Assembly (NCBI GenBank): GCA_003343845.1 | Contig: QAKK01000025.1 | Coordinates: 66,418-130,417 of the forward strand | DNA: 64,000 bases | Source of the DNA: Oscillospiraceae bacterium | Lineage (GTDB): Bacteria > Bacillota > Clostridia > Oscillospirales > CAG-272 | Reading direction: 5' to 3' | Shown here: positions 43,105 through 51,953 of the stretch, piece after piece | Numbering within the stretch: position 1 is the stretch's first letter | Layout of the letters: each line of letters begins with the position of its first letter | Notes under the pieces: model-generated | Told to the model about the DNA's origin: nothing | The model's database searches: none | Seen by the model: the letters and a program-made list of their open reading frames with translations, nothing else | Made by a program: the position numbers and the translations under genes

Positions 43105-43133
43105 AAAAACCTCCCGACTTCGGGAGGTTTTTT
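43105..43133. terminator. bidirectional intrinsic terminator
   Basis: AAAAAACCTCCCG-actt-CGGGAGGTTTTTT. Confidence 0.8.
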
Positions 43134-43151
43134 CTTGTTTTCAGCAAAAAC

Positions 43152-43994
43152 TCAATAATAGAACACGTGGTTGCCGATGGTCTCGATATACTCGCGGTTC
43201 TTCTCCATCCAGCTGCCGCTGCTGACGCGCCCCGCGCAGAAGTACAGCGCGTTGTCCACGACCTCGACGCCCTCGAGCACCGCCTTGGCGGCGCGCACCG
43301 AGCTGTCGGTGGGGTCATTGTAGATCGAACCGGTGGCGACCGGCGAGAACTGCGTGCCGTATTTGCGGTCGAAAATGACGCCGTAGACCGTGTCCGGGAA
43401 CGAACCGTCCTCGGTGCGGTTCATCACGACGTTGCCCACCGCAATCTGCCCGCGGAAAGGCTCGCCGCGGCTCTCCGCCGAAATGATGCGGGAAAGCCAG
43501 TACACGATGTCGCTGTCATAGAAGGTGTCGCCATGCTCAAGAGCGGTCGGCGTGCCCGTGAGGTACACCGCCTTCTCGGCGCCGTTCCACGTGCATTCCA
43601 GCGAGTAGATGCGGCTGATCGTGCGGATCGGCACATAGATCGTGTCGTCGATATTGCGGTTCTTCGCAAGCTCGGAACAGAGGATTCTTGCGTTCGCCTC
43701 AATGTAATGTTCGTCTGCCTTCGCCTCGATCGTCATGCCGAGCGAAGTCGCGACCGAAACGCCGCGGGAACCGTCCCACTCAAACGTTGCGTCCGGGTCT
43801 GCTGCGAGAATACCTACACGATAGGGGATGTACGCCGTGCCGTCTGCCAGCCGTGCGCCTTCTACGGGGTTGCTGTTGATATAAAGGTCAATGGGGGTAC
43901 CGAAATTTTCGGAAGCCGCGCAGGTTAATGACATCAGCAGCAGGGAAAGCACCGTGACCGTCAGCCAGAGCGCCGTCTTTTTGCATAATTTCAT
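43152..43994 (-). CDS. SleB-type cell wall hydrolase (Hydrolase_2) with N-terminal copper-amine-oxidase-like stalk domain
   Basis: Signal peptide. The N-terminal half has YIPYRVG..., YVPIRTISRIY. The C-terminal half has ISAESRGEPFRGQIAVGNVVMNRTEDGSFPDTVYGVIFDRKYGTQFSPV. Confidence 0.88.
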   Translation of the reverse strand: MKLCKKTALWLTVTVLSLLLMSLTCAASENFGTPIDLYINSNPVEGARLADGTAYIPYRVGILAADPDATFEWDGSRGVSVATSLGMTIEAKADEHYIEANARILCSELAKNRNIDDTIYVPIRTISRIYSLECTWNGAEKAVYLTGTPTALEHGDTFYDSDIVYWLSRIISAESRGEPFRGQIAVGNVVMNRTEDGSFPDTVYGVIFDRKYGTQFSPVATGSIYNDPTDSSVRAAKAVLEGVEVVDNALYFCAGRVSSGSWMEKNREYIETIGNHVFYY

Positions 43995-44100
43995 TCTGCT
44001 ATTCTCCTTGTAAATTTTGGGGGTCCATTGCTGAAAAGCAAACTTCGAAAAACGGGCGTTTACCTACACCTTCGCACCCGATCTCTCGAAAACGCTTGTT

Positions 44101-44130
44101 ATAGTAGCACAACTTGCCCCACTTTGTCAA
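44101..44130 (-). promoter_or_regulatory. promoter TTGACA-18-TGcTACTAT of the hydrolase gene
   Basis: Minus strand TTGACA at 44130-44125 and TACTAT at 44106-44101. Confidence 0.5.
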
Positions 44131-44702
44131 CACTTTTTTTGCAAAATGTGCCCGATTGCCCTCCGGAGGCGCTATCATTCTTGCCCCGTTTTGCACGATT
44201 TTATTCAATTTATTATATACAGGCGGTTGCGAAAACACACTTTTTGCAGGTAAAAATTTTTATTCCGCCGACGGAAAAACACCGGGTTTTGCGGTCGGCG
44301 GGCGGGCAAAAGCAGCCGCAAATTTCCGCGCAGATCGGCAGCAGCGCCGCGATTTTTCCGCGCGGTTTCGGGCCGCTGCAAGCAGCGGTTCACGCGCGCA
44401 TCCGCCGCCGTTTCCGAGCGCTTCGGACGCTTGTTTCCGGATGTTTTTTGCGTTGTTTTCTTCCTTATTATATATAGAACAGGTTTCACGCCGAACGGAC
44501 GTTTTCGCAAATGCCGATGCGCCCTGCGACGGCAAGGGAAGAACAGGTGTTTCCGCACAGTTCAAAACGCTGCACGGCAGGGAAGCGCAAGTGCGCCGTC
44601 GGCAAAGCGAGAATCTTACGTTTCCGAAACGCCGCAAACCCCATGGTTTTGCTTGTCTTGTGTTGGTTTTGTTTTCGGGTACAAGATGTAGTGGTTGTGG
44701 AA

Positions 44703-44718
44703 CGTTTCACGTGAAACA
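44703..44718. promoter_or_regulatory. parS site 1 (ParB binding)
   Basis: cGTTTCACGTGAAACA, 15/16 to consensus TGTTTCACGTGAAACA. Confidence 0.88.
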
Positions 44719-44753
44719 TCTCAGGGCGTGCAACGCGGGTATACGCACGTAAA

Positions 44754-44769
44754 AGTTTCACGTGAAACA
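44754..44769. promoter_or_regulatory. parS site 2 (ParB binding)
   Basis: aGTTTCACGTGAAACA, 15/16 to consensus. Confidence 0.88.
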
Positions 44770-44818
44770 TTTTCGGATGTGCAAATGTGAATTTTATCTT
44801 AATTTTATAGGTCTTCGG

Positions 44819-44847
44819 TTGACTTGCGCGCAATCAGATGCTATAAT
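44819..44847 (+). promoter_or_regulatory. parAB promoter TTGACT-17-TGcTATAAT
   Basis: TTGACT at 44819-44824 and TATAAT at 44842-44847. Confidence 0.6.
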
Positions 44848-44877
44848 AGGGACAGTCTTCAAGTTTCGGAGGGTATT

Positions 44878-45639
44878 ATGGGAAAAATCATAGCATTTGC
44901 CAACCAGAAAGGCGGCGTCGGTAAAACGACCTCGGCTGTCAACATCGCCGCGTCGGTCGGCATTCTCGGAAAATCCGTATTGCTCATCGACCTCGACCCG
45001 CAGGGGAACACCACCAGCGGCGTCGGTATCAATAAAAAGAATCTGAAATCCACATCCTACGAACTGCTGATTGATGAAATCGACGCTGCACAGGCAATCG
45101 TGGAGACCGAATTCAAGAATCTCTCGGTCATCCCCTCCAACATCTCGCTGGCGGGCGCGGAATTCGACCTCTATCAGCTCGACAACCGCGAGTATCGCCT
45201 CAAAAAGCAGCTGGAAGCCGTCAAGGACAATTACGACTACATTTTCATCGACTGTCCGCCGTCGCTCGGCATGATCACCGTCAACGCGCTGGCTGCCGCC
45301 GACGCCGTAATCATCCCGATGCAGTGTGAATACTACGCGCTGGAAGGGCTTTCGCAGCTGATGATCACGATCCGCAAGATCAAGCAGCTCTACAATCCCG
45401 AGCTGGAGATCTGCGGCATTCTCATCACGATGTTCAACGGCAGGCTGATTTTGACCATGCAGGTCATTTCCGAGCTGAAGAAATACTACTCGGACAAGCT
45501 GTTTAAGACGCCGGTCTCGCGCAACGTCAAGCTCAGCGAGGCGCCGAGCTTCGGCAAACCGGTCTACTACCACGACAAATCCTCCAAGGGTGCTGTCGAG
45601 TACCTTGAGGTCGCAAAAGAACTGATCGAGCGCATCTGA
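44878..45639 (+). CDS. parA: chromosome partitioning ATPase ParA/Soj
   Basis: MGKIIAFANQKGGVGKTT deviant Walker A. 253 aa. GGAGGG RBS. Confidence 0.96.
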   Translation: MGKIIAFANQKGGVGKTTSAVNIAASVGILGKSVLLIDLDPQGNTTSGVGINKKNLKSTSYELLIDEIDAAQAIVETEFKNLSVIPSNISLAGAEFDLYQLDNREYRLKKQLEAVKDNYDYIFIDCPPSLGMITVNALAAADAVIIPMQCEYYALEGLSQLMITIRKIKQLYNPELEICGILITMFNGRLILTMQVISELKKYYSDKLFKTPVSRNVKLSEAPSFGKPVYYHDKSSKGAVEYLEVAKELIERI

Positions 45640-45664
45640 GCGCAGAAGCAGGGGGAAAACAACC

Positions 45665-46552
45665 ATGGCTAAGAAACCGGCGGGGCTGGGAAAAGGCTTT
45701 GACAACATCTTTTTTGACAACTCAATCGAGGAAAAAAGCGGCATCACGCGCCTGCGCATCGGACAGATCGAACCGAAGGCGGATCAGCCGCGCCGCGTCT
45801 TTGAAGGCGAGGCGCTGGCAGAACTGGCGGATTCGATCGCGGTGCACGGCGTCTTGCAGCCGATTCTGGTGCGCGAGATCGCGGACGGGCACTATCAGAT
45901 CATCGCGGGCGAGCGGCGCTATCGCGCGTCCAAGATGGCAGGTCTGACCGAAGTGCCGGTCATTGTCCTCGACAAGAGCGACCTTGAAACCGCGCAGATC
46001 TCGCTGATCGAGAATATTCAGCGCGAAGACCTCAACCCGGTTGAGGAGGCGCAGGCATACCGCGCACTGATCGACAGCTACAACCTCACGCAGGAGGAGG
46101 TCTCCGCCAAGGTCGGCAAGGGCAGAAGCACCATCACCAACGCCTTGCGCCTGCTGGATCTCAGCGACGACGTGGTCGCGATGCTGAATGCGGGCGAGCT
46201 TTCCGCCGGGCATGCGCGCGCGCTGCTTTCGCTGAAGGACAAGAGCCGCGAGCGCGAGGTTGCCGCAAAGATCGTCTCGGGCGGACTTTCGGTGCGCGCC
46301 GCCGAAGATCTTGTGAAAAAGGAGAACCGCGCGGCAGCCGCTACGGCGGAAAGCGATGCGGAGGCGCCCGAGCTTGGGCTTGAGATCGACTACTACGCCG
46401 AGCTTGAGAAAAAAGCAATGGGCATGCTCGGCAGACGGGTAAAGATCAGTCACCGCGGCATTTCCAAGCACGTCACGATCTCCTATGAAGACAACGAGGA
46501 TCTGGAGATCCTGCTCACCAAGCTCTGCGGCAACGGAATTATTGAGTCGTAA
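45665..46552 (+). CDS. parB: chromosome partitioning protein ParB/Spo0J
   Basis: GVLQPILVR, IIAGERRYRAS, and HTH LTQEEVSAKVGKGRSTITNALRLL. Confidence 0.96.
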   Translation: MAKKPAGLGKGFDNIFFDNSIEEKSGITRLRIGQIEPKADQPRRVFEGEALAELADSIAVHGVLQPILVREIADGHYQIIAGERRYRASKMAGLTEVPVIVLDKSDLETAQISLIENIQREDLNPVEEAQAYRALIDSYNLTQEEVSAKVGKGRSTITNALRLLDLSDDVVAMLNAGELSAGHARALLSLKDKSREREVAAKIVSGGLSVRAAEDLVKKENRAAAATAESDAEAPELGLEIDYYAELEKKAMGMLGRRVKISHRGISKHVTISYEDNEDLEILLTKLCGNGIIES

Positions 46553-46695
46553 AGTAACCGGAATGCCGGGATGCATTTGGGAGCTATACGAGACGCAAGG
46601 GGGAAGGCTTAGAGCGGCGGGAGCAAGCCCCCGTCCTACGGATATGACTTCACCCGTCCCGCAAATCCCTAGATATATAATAAGGAGGTGTTTGT

Positions 46696-47238
46696 ATGTC
46701 CGCTCTGCGTGACTTCTTCGCCGAGCTCGGCGATTACCTCGGGGAAAAATACTTTTCACCCGACCTCGGCGACCTGAATTATCTGAACAGCGACGCCGCC
46801 GTGCGGTTTCTGCCGCTCTGCATTGTCGGTCTGTGCGCGGGCATCTTTCTCGCCGCGCTGATCTATTACTACAATTGTGAGTATCTCGGGCGCGCGGTGC
46901 GCCGCCTTTACGCGGCAGGGGCGTTCTCGCCCGAGGAGGCAAAGACGCTTGCCGAGATCCGCTGCGACAGCCGCGCCTATCGGAAAAACCTGCGGCGCGA
47001 CACCGTACTGTCGAAATATGTCCGCCCGGCAGAGGAGGACGGCGCGGCGGAATCCGCGCGGTACTACATTCCCGAAGACCGCCGCGCGACCGCGCTGAAG
47101 CGCTACAAGCCGCTGCACGGCGGCATTGCCTCGCTGATCGGCATTCTGATTGCCTGCGTGGCACTCTGTTTCATCCTGTTGTATTATACCCCCGATGTGG
47201 TGCGGCTTGCAGACAACGCGATCGGGCTGATTAAATAA
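46696..47238 (+). CDS. hypothetical membrane protein (2 TM, 180 aa)
   Basis: AAGGAGG RBS. TM segments FLPLCIVGLCAGIFLAALIYYY and IASLIGILIACVALCFILLYY. Confidence 0.7.
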   Translation: MSALRDFFAELGDYLGEKYFSPDLGDLNYLNSDAAVRFLPLCIVGLCAGIFLAALIYYYNCEYLGRAVRRLYAAGAFSPEEAKTLAEIRCDSRAYRKNLRRDTVLSKYVRPAEEDGAAESARYYIPEDRRATALKRYKPLHGGIASLIGILIACVALCFILLYYTPDVVRLADNAIGLIK

Positions 47239-47256
47239 CAGATATTTCTGTATAAT
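47238..47256 (+). promoter_or_regulatory. fourth copy of operator ACAGATATTTCTGT fused to a TATAAT -10, upstream of the MORN gene
   Basis: ACAGATATTTCTGTATAAT at 47238-47256. The 14-mer is identical to O3 at 19375-19388. Confidence 0.55.
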
Positions 47257-47266
47257 GGAGTAAACT

Positions 47267-48454
47267 ATGGCTGATAACAATACATGGCTCTCCCCCGAGG
47301 AACGTGCGGCGCTCGCGCGGCAGCGGGAGCTGGAAAGTGCGCGGCGTGCCGCCGTGCAGAACCGGACACAGACCGCCCCGCGCGCACAGCAGCCGCAGGC
47401 GACCGCCCGTCCCGCCGGCACAAAACCGACACAGACAAACCCGCGCGCGCAGCAGCGCCCGCAGCCCGGCGCGGCGCAGTCCCGCCCGGCACAGCACGCA
47501 GGGAGACCCGCCGTGCGCGGCGGCATGCCGAGCGGCGTTCGCCAAGTGCAGCGCTCCGCGCACCCGCCGGCGCCGGTTCGCCCCGGTGAAGCCACCGGCG
47601 ACACCAAGGAGCTGCCGCGCTACATTCACACGGCAAAGCGTGGCGGGCACAAGCCGCCGCGGCGGAAGACCCGCACCGTACCGCCCGTCCGCATCAAGCT
47701 GCCGCCGAAAGTGCGCGCTGTCCTGCTTGCCATCGCCGCAGTCACGCTGATCTTCATCATTCTGATGATCTGCGGTGTGCGCTACACCAAGGACACCCGC
47801 GCCGACGGCAGCACGATCAAGTTCTTCGGCATTGCGAATGCAAGCGGCATCCAAAACGGCTGGATCTCCGCCGACGGCACGCGCGGACGCATCGCGGACG
47901 GCAATAAGATCACTTATTCCAACGGCGACGTCTACGAGGGCGGCATGACGGGGCTGAAGAAGTCCGGCACGGGTACTTACACCTATAAAAACGGGGACCT
48001 CTATGTCGGCAGCTTTGCCGACGACCGCGCAAACGGCAGCGGCACGATGACCTATGCAAACGGCAATGTCTACACCGGCGCGTTCAAGGACGGACTTCCC
48101 GACGGCGAAGGCACGCTGACCTACAAGAGCGGCGACACCTACGTCGGCAGCTTTGCAGCCGGGCGCAAGAACGGCAAGGGCACTTACACGAGCGGCGACG
48201 CGGTCTACACCGGCGCATATGTGAACGACGTCCGCGAGGGCGAGGGCAAGCAGGTCTACGCCAACGGCGACGTCTACGAGGGTACGTTCAAAAACGACAT
48301 GCGCAACGGGCAGGGCACCTACACCTTTGCCAACGGCGAGCGCTATGTCGGCTCGTTCCGCGACAACCAGCTCAGCGGCGAGGGCACATACACCTGGCCG
48401 AGCGGCAAGACCTACACCGGTCGGTTTGAAAACGGCAAGATCGTAGAAGAATGA
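47267..48454 (+). CDS. MORN-repeat membrane protein with Arg/Pro/Gln-rich N-terminal region
   Basis: One TM (AVLLAIAAVTLIFIILMICGV), then about 9 repeats of type Y.NGD.Y.G.F.....G.G. Confidence 0.88.
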   Translation: MADNNTWLSPEERAALARQRELESARRAAVQNRTQTAPRAQQPQATARPAGTKPTQTNPRAQQRPQPGAAQSRPAQHAGRPAVRGGMPSGVRQVQRSAHPPAPVRPGEATGDTKELPRYIHTAKRGGHKPPRRKTRTVPPVRIKLPPKVRAVLLAIAAVTLIFIILMICGVRYTKDTRADGSTIKFFGIANASGIQNGWISADGTRGRIADGNKITYSNGDVYEGGMTGLKKSGTGTYTYKNGDLYVGSFADDRANGSGTMTYANGNVYTGAFKDGLPDGEGTLTYKSGDTYVGSFAAGRKNGKGTYTSGDAVYTGAYVNDVREGEGKQVYANGDVYEGTFKNDMRNGQGTYTFANGERYVGSFRDNQLSGEGTYTWPSGKTYTGRFENGKIVEE

Positions 48455-48461
48455 GAAATAT

Positions 48462-48496
48462 GCGAAAAAGGCTTCCCATCGGGAAGCCTTTTTCGC
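48462..48496. terminator. 16-bp-stem hairpin terminator built from the GGCTTCCC/GGGAAGCC module
   Basis: GCGAAAAAGGCTTCCC-atc-GGGAAGCCTTTTTCGC. Confidence 0.7.
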
Positions 48497-48686
48497 ATGG
48501 AGACAGTCGCCCCTGCGAGGTTTGTGCGTGATTTTGTGCATACCGTTTTCAAGGATTCCCCCTTGGGGAAGGCTGTACGGGACGCAAAGCGTTTCTTAGG
48601 TTTCCCTTTGGGGAAGGCATGGATACACCTCCCACCACGCAAAGACCGCCCTTCATGCAGGGCGGTCTTTTTATCTTTCTTTGCGG

Positions 48687-51023
48687 TCAGTTGCGGATGG
48701 GGACCAGGTCACGGGCGACGATGTACTGCTTCTGTCCCGTGTAGTAGTTGATAACGGGGCAATAGGTGTACGGCATGTTGTTGTCGATCTCCGGCTCGTC
48801 CATGTAGACGCCGAGGCGCTTGCCGAGCGACCAGATGATGGTGCCCTCACGCGGCGTCGCGCCGACATTGGTGCCCATGACGGGCAGCGTCAGGAAGTCT
48901 GTCTGACTATCGCCCTTCAGCTCACTGAACTCAACCTGGCACCAGCCGATCTGATGCGCGTAAACACTGCGTTCCGCCACGGCGATCGCCTGCTCGATCG
49001 TGCACTTGTTGTTCGGCGAGAGCGTGGTGTCCGACGTGCCCTTGATGAGGTCAAGCGCGTTCATGAACGCCATGGATTCCACCGCCCAGCTCTCGAGCTG
49101 TGCGTTGTCCGCGTAGTTTGCCAGCTTCGAGGTGTAGCTCGTGTAGCTGTAATCGGAATTCTTCTCGATATAGCGCAGCGTGCGGTAGAGGAAGGTCGCC
49201 ATCTGCTGGCGGTTGAGCGTGGCATCGGGAGAGAAGGTGGTCGCCGAGGTGCCGGAGGTGATGCCTGCGGCATACGCCTTGAGGACATAGGGACTGTTCG
49301 TGTCCGTAAAGGTGTTCGCGGCGGCGGGCGTGATGGTCTTGCCGGTCATCTCCTCGGCGAGGCGCACCACCACGGAGCAGAACTGCAGGCGCGAGATGTT
49401 CTTCGTGTAGTCATTGCCGAGCAGATCGAGATCCAGCAGGTTGTCGTTGAGCGCGAAGTTGACATCGCTTTGCGCCCAGGCGCTGGTCTTGGCGGTGTTG
49501 CGGAGGCGAAGCGTGAACATGCCCGCCTGATCCTCGGTGCTGCTGAGCGCGAGCGTCTCGCGCATCTGCAGCGCGGCGTTGACCTCCTGCTGATAGTGTT
49601 CCAGCGTGCTGTCATTGCCGCTGAGGGTGAGATCCTTCTCGGTCAGATGCTGCTGCAGGTAGCGGTCGGATCTGCCGCAGACGTCGCAGCTGAGCCAGTA
49701 GACATGCATGCCCGCCGCGTTGACGCCGATATACGCCTCATCGGTGGCAAGCTCGTCGTACAGCGTGGCGTGGGTAAACTCCATCAGCTTCTCAATCGGC
49801 TTTGCCTTGAAGTTTGCGGAGACATGATTCGGATTATACTCGCATTTGCCGCAGATTGCGCAGGAGTAATACCACCGCGGAGCGGTCTGGCAGTTCGCAA
49901 AGGTGTAGACGCGGTCGGCAGACCGGATCTGATGAGTGTAGACATGCCCGGGGCACCAGTCCTTTGTGGCGGCAGCGCCGCCTGCCTTCTGTGCGGCATA
50001 GACATCATTGCCCGCATACACCTTGATGCTATAGGGAATGGAATAACCGCGCCCCTCCGTCATTTTTTTCGCAAATTCAGCCACGGAGGACTCGGGGATG
50101 TACAAAGTCGCATCGGTCGTGCAGAACTGGAGGTCGCTGCGGCTTTCCCAAAGCGGCGAATGAAACACCGGGTCGTGCAGCTCACCGTCCATACGGCCGA
50201 CAAAGGTGTAGACATCCACCTTGTCGCTCAGCCAGATCTCCTTCAGATAGGGCTTCCACACAATGACCCAGGCGAAGCCGTCCGCGCATTCGTGGTTGTA
50301 GAAGTCGCTGTCGTCCACATCCATGATGAGCGTGCCGACGTCGTCATATGCGTCGAGCGTGGCGAAGTTATAGCCTTCGCCGCGATGTTCTCTGTCCATG
50401 ATGACTACGGTTTTGCCCTTGTTCTCGGGGTTTTTCACATCCGCCTCTGCCTGCGTGCGTGCCGGATAGACGGCGCGGCGCGCTGCGGCAAGCGCGGCGG
50501 CGGTCTTTTCCTGCTTGGCGGCAAGCTCGGCGCGTTCCGTATCGGTCATGCGCTCGCCCTCAATCTTCAGGCTGACCTGCAGGGTTGGAAAATAGGGTGC
50601 GCTGGTGCGGGCGGTGGCAGGCTGCCCATTGACCGTGGCGGTGAAGGTGTCCGCCGTCACGACCGTGTCGCCTTCAAGCATTTTGTAGTTGGCGCAATAG
50701 CCCTTCGTCGTGTCAAAGGCGAGCTTGATCGTGACGAGATAGGTGGTGCCGGCGCGGAAGAGAAAATCGTCCTCGGTCTCCACATCGTCGCCCGCCCACT
50801 CAGTGTACATAATGGTGGCGCCGGCAGCCATCAGGTCGATGTTGCCACTCTTGATGGAGCGGACGGTGACTTCGGTCTCCATTTCGCGGGAGTCGCCCGC
50901 CTTCGGCATGTCAAAGACGATGTCGATATGATTGAGCTTGGTGGGCTCGGCGGCGGATGCCGTCAGCGGCACAAGGGAGAGGGCAAGTGCCGCGATAAGT
51001 AAGAGGGATAGAATCTTCTTCAT
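48687..51023 (-). CDS. secreted SLH-domain protein (778 aa) with Cys-rich CxxCG modules
   Basis: Signal peptide MKKILSLLLIAALALSLVPLTASA. It has SCAICGKCEYNPNH and SCDVCGRSDRY. SLH-like segments: FTDTNSPYVLKAYAAGITSG..LNRQQMATFLYRTL and YADNAQLESWAVESMAFMNALDLIKG. Confidence 0.85.
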   Translation of the reverse strand: MKKILSLLLIAALALSLVPLTASAAEPTKLNHIDIVFDMPKAGDSREMETEVTVRSIKSGNIDLMAAGATIMYTEWAGDDVETEDDFLFRAGTTYLVTIKLAFDTTKGYCANYKMLEGDTVVTADTFTATVNGQPATARTSAPYFPTLQVSLKIEGERMTDTERAELAAKQEKTAAALAAARRAVYPARTQAEADVKNPENKGKTVVIMDREHRGEGYNFATLDAYDDVGTLIMDVDDSDFYNHECADGFAWVIVWKPYLKEIWLSDKVDVYTFVGRMDGELHDPVFHSPLWESRSDLQFCTTDATLYIPESSVAEFAKKMTEGRGYSIPYSIKVYAGNDVYAAQKAGGAAATKDWCPGHVYTHQIRSADRVYTFANCQTAPRWYYSCAICGKCEYNPNHVSANFKAKPIEKLMEFTHATLYDELATDEAYIGVNAAGMHVYWLSCDVCGRSDRYLQQHLTEKDLTLSGNDSTLEHYQQEVNAALQMRETLALSSTEDQAGMFTLRLRNTAKTSAWAQSDVNFALNDNLLDLDLLGNDYTKNISRLQFCSVVVRLAEEMTGKTITPAAANTFTDTNSPYVLKAYAAGITSGTSATTFSPDATLNRQQMATFLYRTLRYIEKNSDYSYTSYTSKLANYADNAQLESWAVESMAFMNALDLIKGTSDTTLSPNNKCTIEQAIAVAERSVYAHQIGWCQVEFSELKGDSQTDFLTLPVMGTNVGATPREGTIIWSLGKRLGVYMDEPEIDNNMPYTYCPVINYYTGQKQYIVARDLVPIRN

Positions 51024-51290
51024 GGCGTTTCCTCGTTTCCGATGGTGTGACCCTCTGCCGGGCAGAGGAGCTTCTATCGCTATTATAACGCGCATGCAGG
51101 GCGCGGCACAAGTCTTTTTTCAAGAAAATTTCGGCAAAAAAGCGTCGCCCGCGTCCGGATACGCGGACGCGGGCGGGGATATTGGGAATCCGCTGCTTAG
51201 TGCGTGAACACCTCATCCGGCGGCTACGCCGCCGCCTTCCCCGCTGGGGAAGGCTAAGATGCTGTGGGAGCAAACCCACAGCACGCGGCA

Positions 51291-51788
51291 TTACCCCAGC
51301 GCTTTCCGGACGCGGCGGATAACTTCTTCGTTATCCGGCATCATGGAGAGGATCACGACATTGCCGCAGGTGACGACGGCGGCGTTTTCGGCATAGCCGG
51401 ACAGCCCTGCAGTGTTCAGTGCGCGCTTTGCCGCGGCGGCGCGCCGCTTAAAGAAGAGCGCGCCGTCCTGCGTGTCGGACGCGCGGTAAAGCCGCATTAC
51501 GCAAAGCTCGCAGAAGTCGCCGGAGAGGGAGGAATAGAGCGCAAAATCCTCGATCTTGTCGCGGAACGCGGGGTAGCCCGCAAGCCCGAGATAATCGTCG
51601 AGAAAACCCGCGTCCGCCGCCGTATCGTACCCGCGCCCATAGCAGAGGATGCTGCCCGCGGGCAGGGTTTCGTCGGCGGCGGTCGCCGACAGCACAACAT
51701 CGTACAGCCGCGCCCTGCCCCCGCAGGAGGACAGGCAGAGCAGTAAAGCGACGAAAAGCAGGATCATATTTAAGTAAAATTTCTTCAT
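51291..51788 (-). CDS. DUF4358-like lipoprotein
   Basis: Lipobox LSSCG. 165 aa. Family assignment is from memory of DUF4358 architecture and is only moderately certain. Confidence 0.65.
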   Translation of the reverse strand: MKKFYLNMILLFVALLLCLSSCGGRARLYDVVLSATAADETLPAGSILCYGRGYDTAADAGFLDDYLGLAGYPAFRDKIEDFALYSSLSGDFCELCVMRLYRASDTQDGALFFKRRAAAAKRALNTAGLSGYAENAAVVTCGNVVILSMMPDNEEVIRRVRKALG

Positions 51789-51953
51789 ATTATTATAAGT
51801 GTTCGGCGGGATTCCCGCGTGGTGGGTAGGAGGCGGTTTCCGCGTATCTTAGGCTTCCCTTGGGGGAGAGGCTTGGATAGAACGGCACGAATGCGGGCGA
51901 TCCGGCAGTCGACCCCACAGGTGTGTGCGTCCTCTCTGCCTACCGATTCCTCT

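Noticed and set aside
44114-44752. 212-aa ORF (and overlapping 117-149-aa ORFs) in the parA upstream region.
   Set aside because: There is no RBS, the composition is Arg/Ala/Phe-rich and non-protein-like, the ORFs overlap on both strands, and one runs through both parS sites. It is more likely non-coding.
43995-44877. Chromosomal replication origin (oriC) next to parAB.
   Set aside because: I could not find DnaA boxes (TTATCCACA/TGTGGATAA or close variants). There is no dnaA, dnaN, rnpA, rsmG or mnmG neighbourhood, and the AT-rich stretches are short. Only parS-type features are supported.
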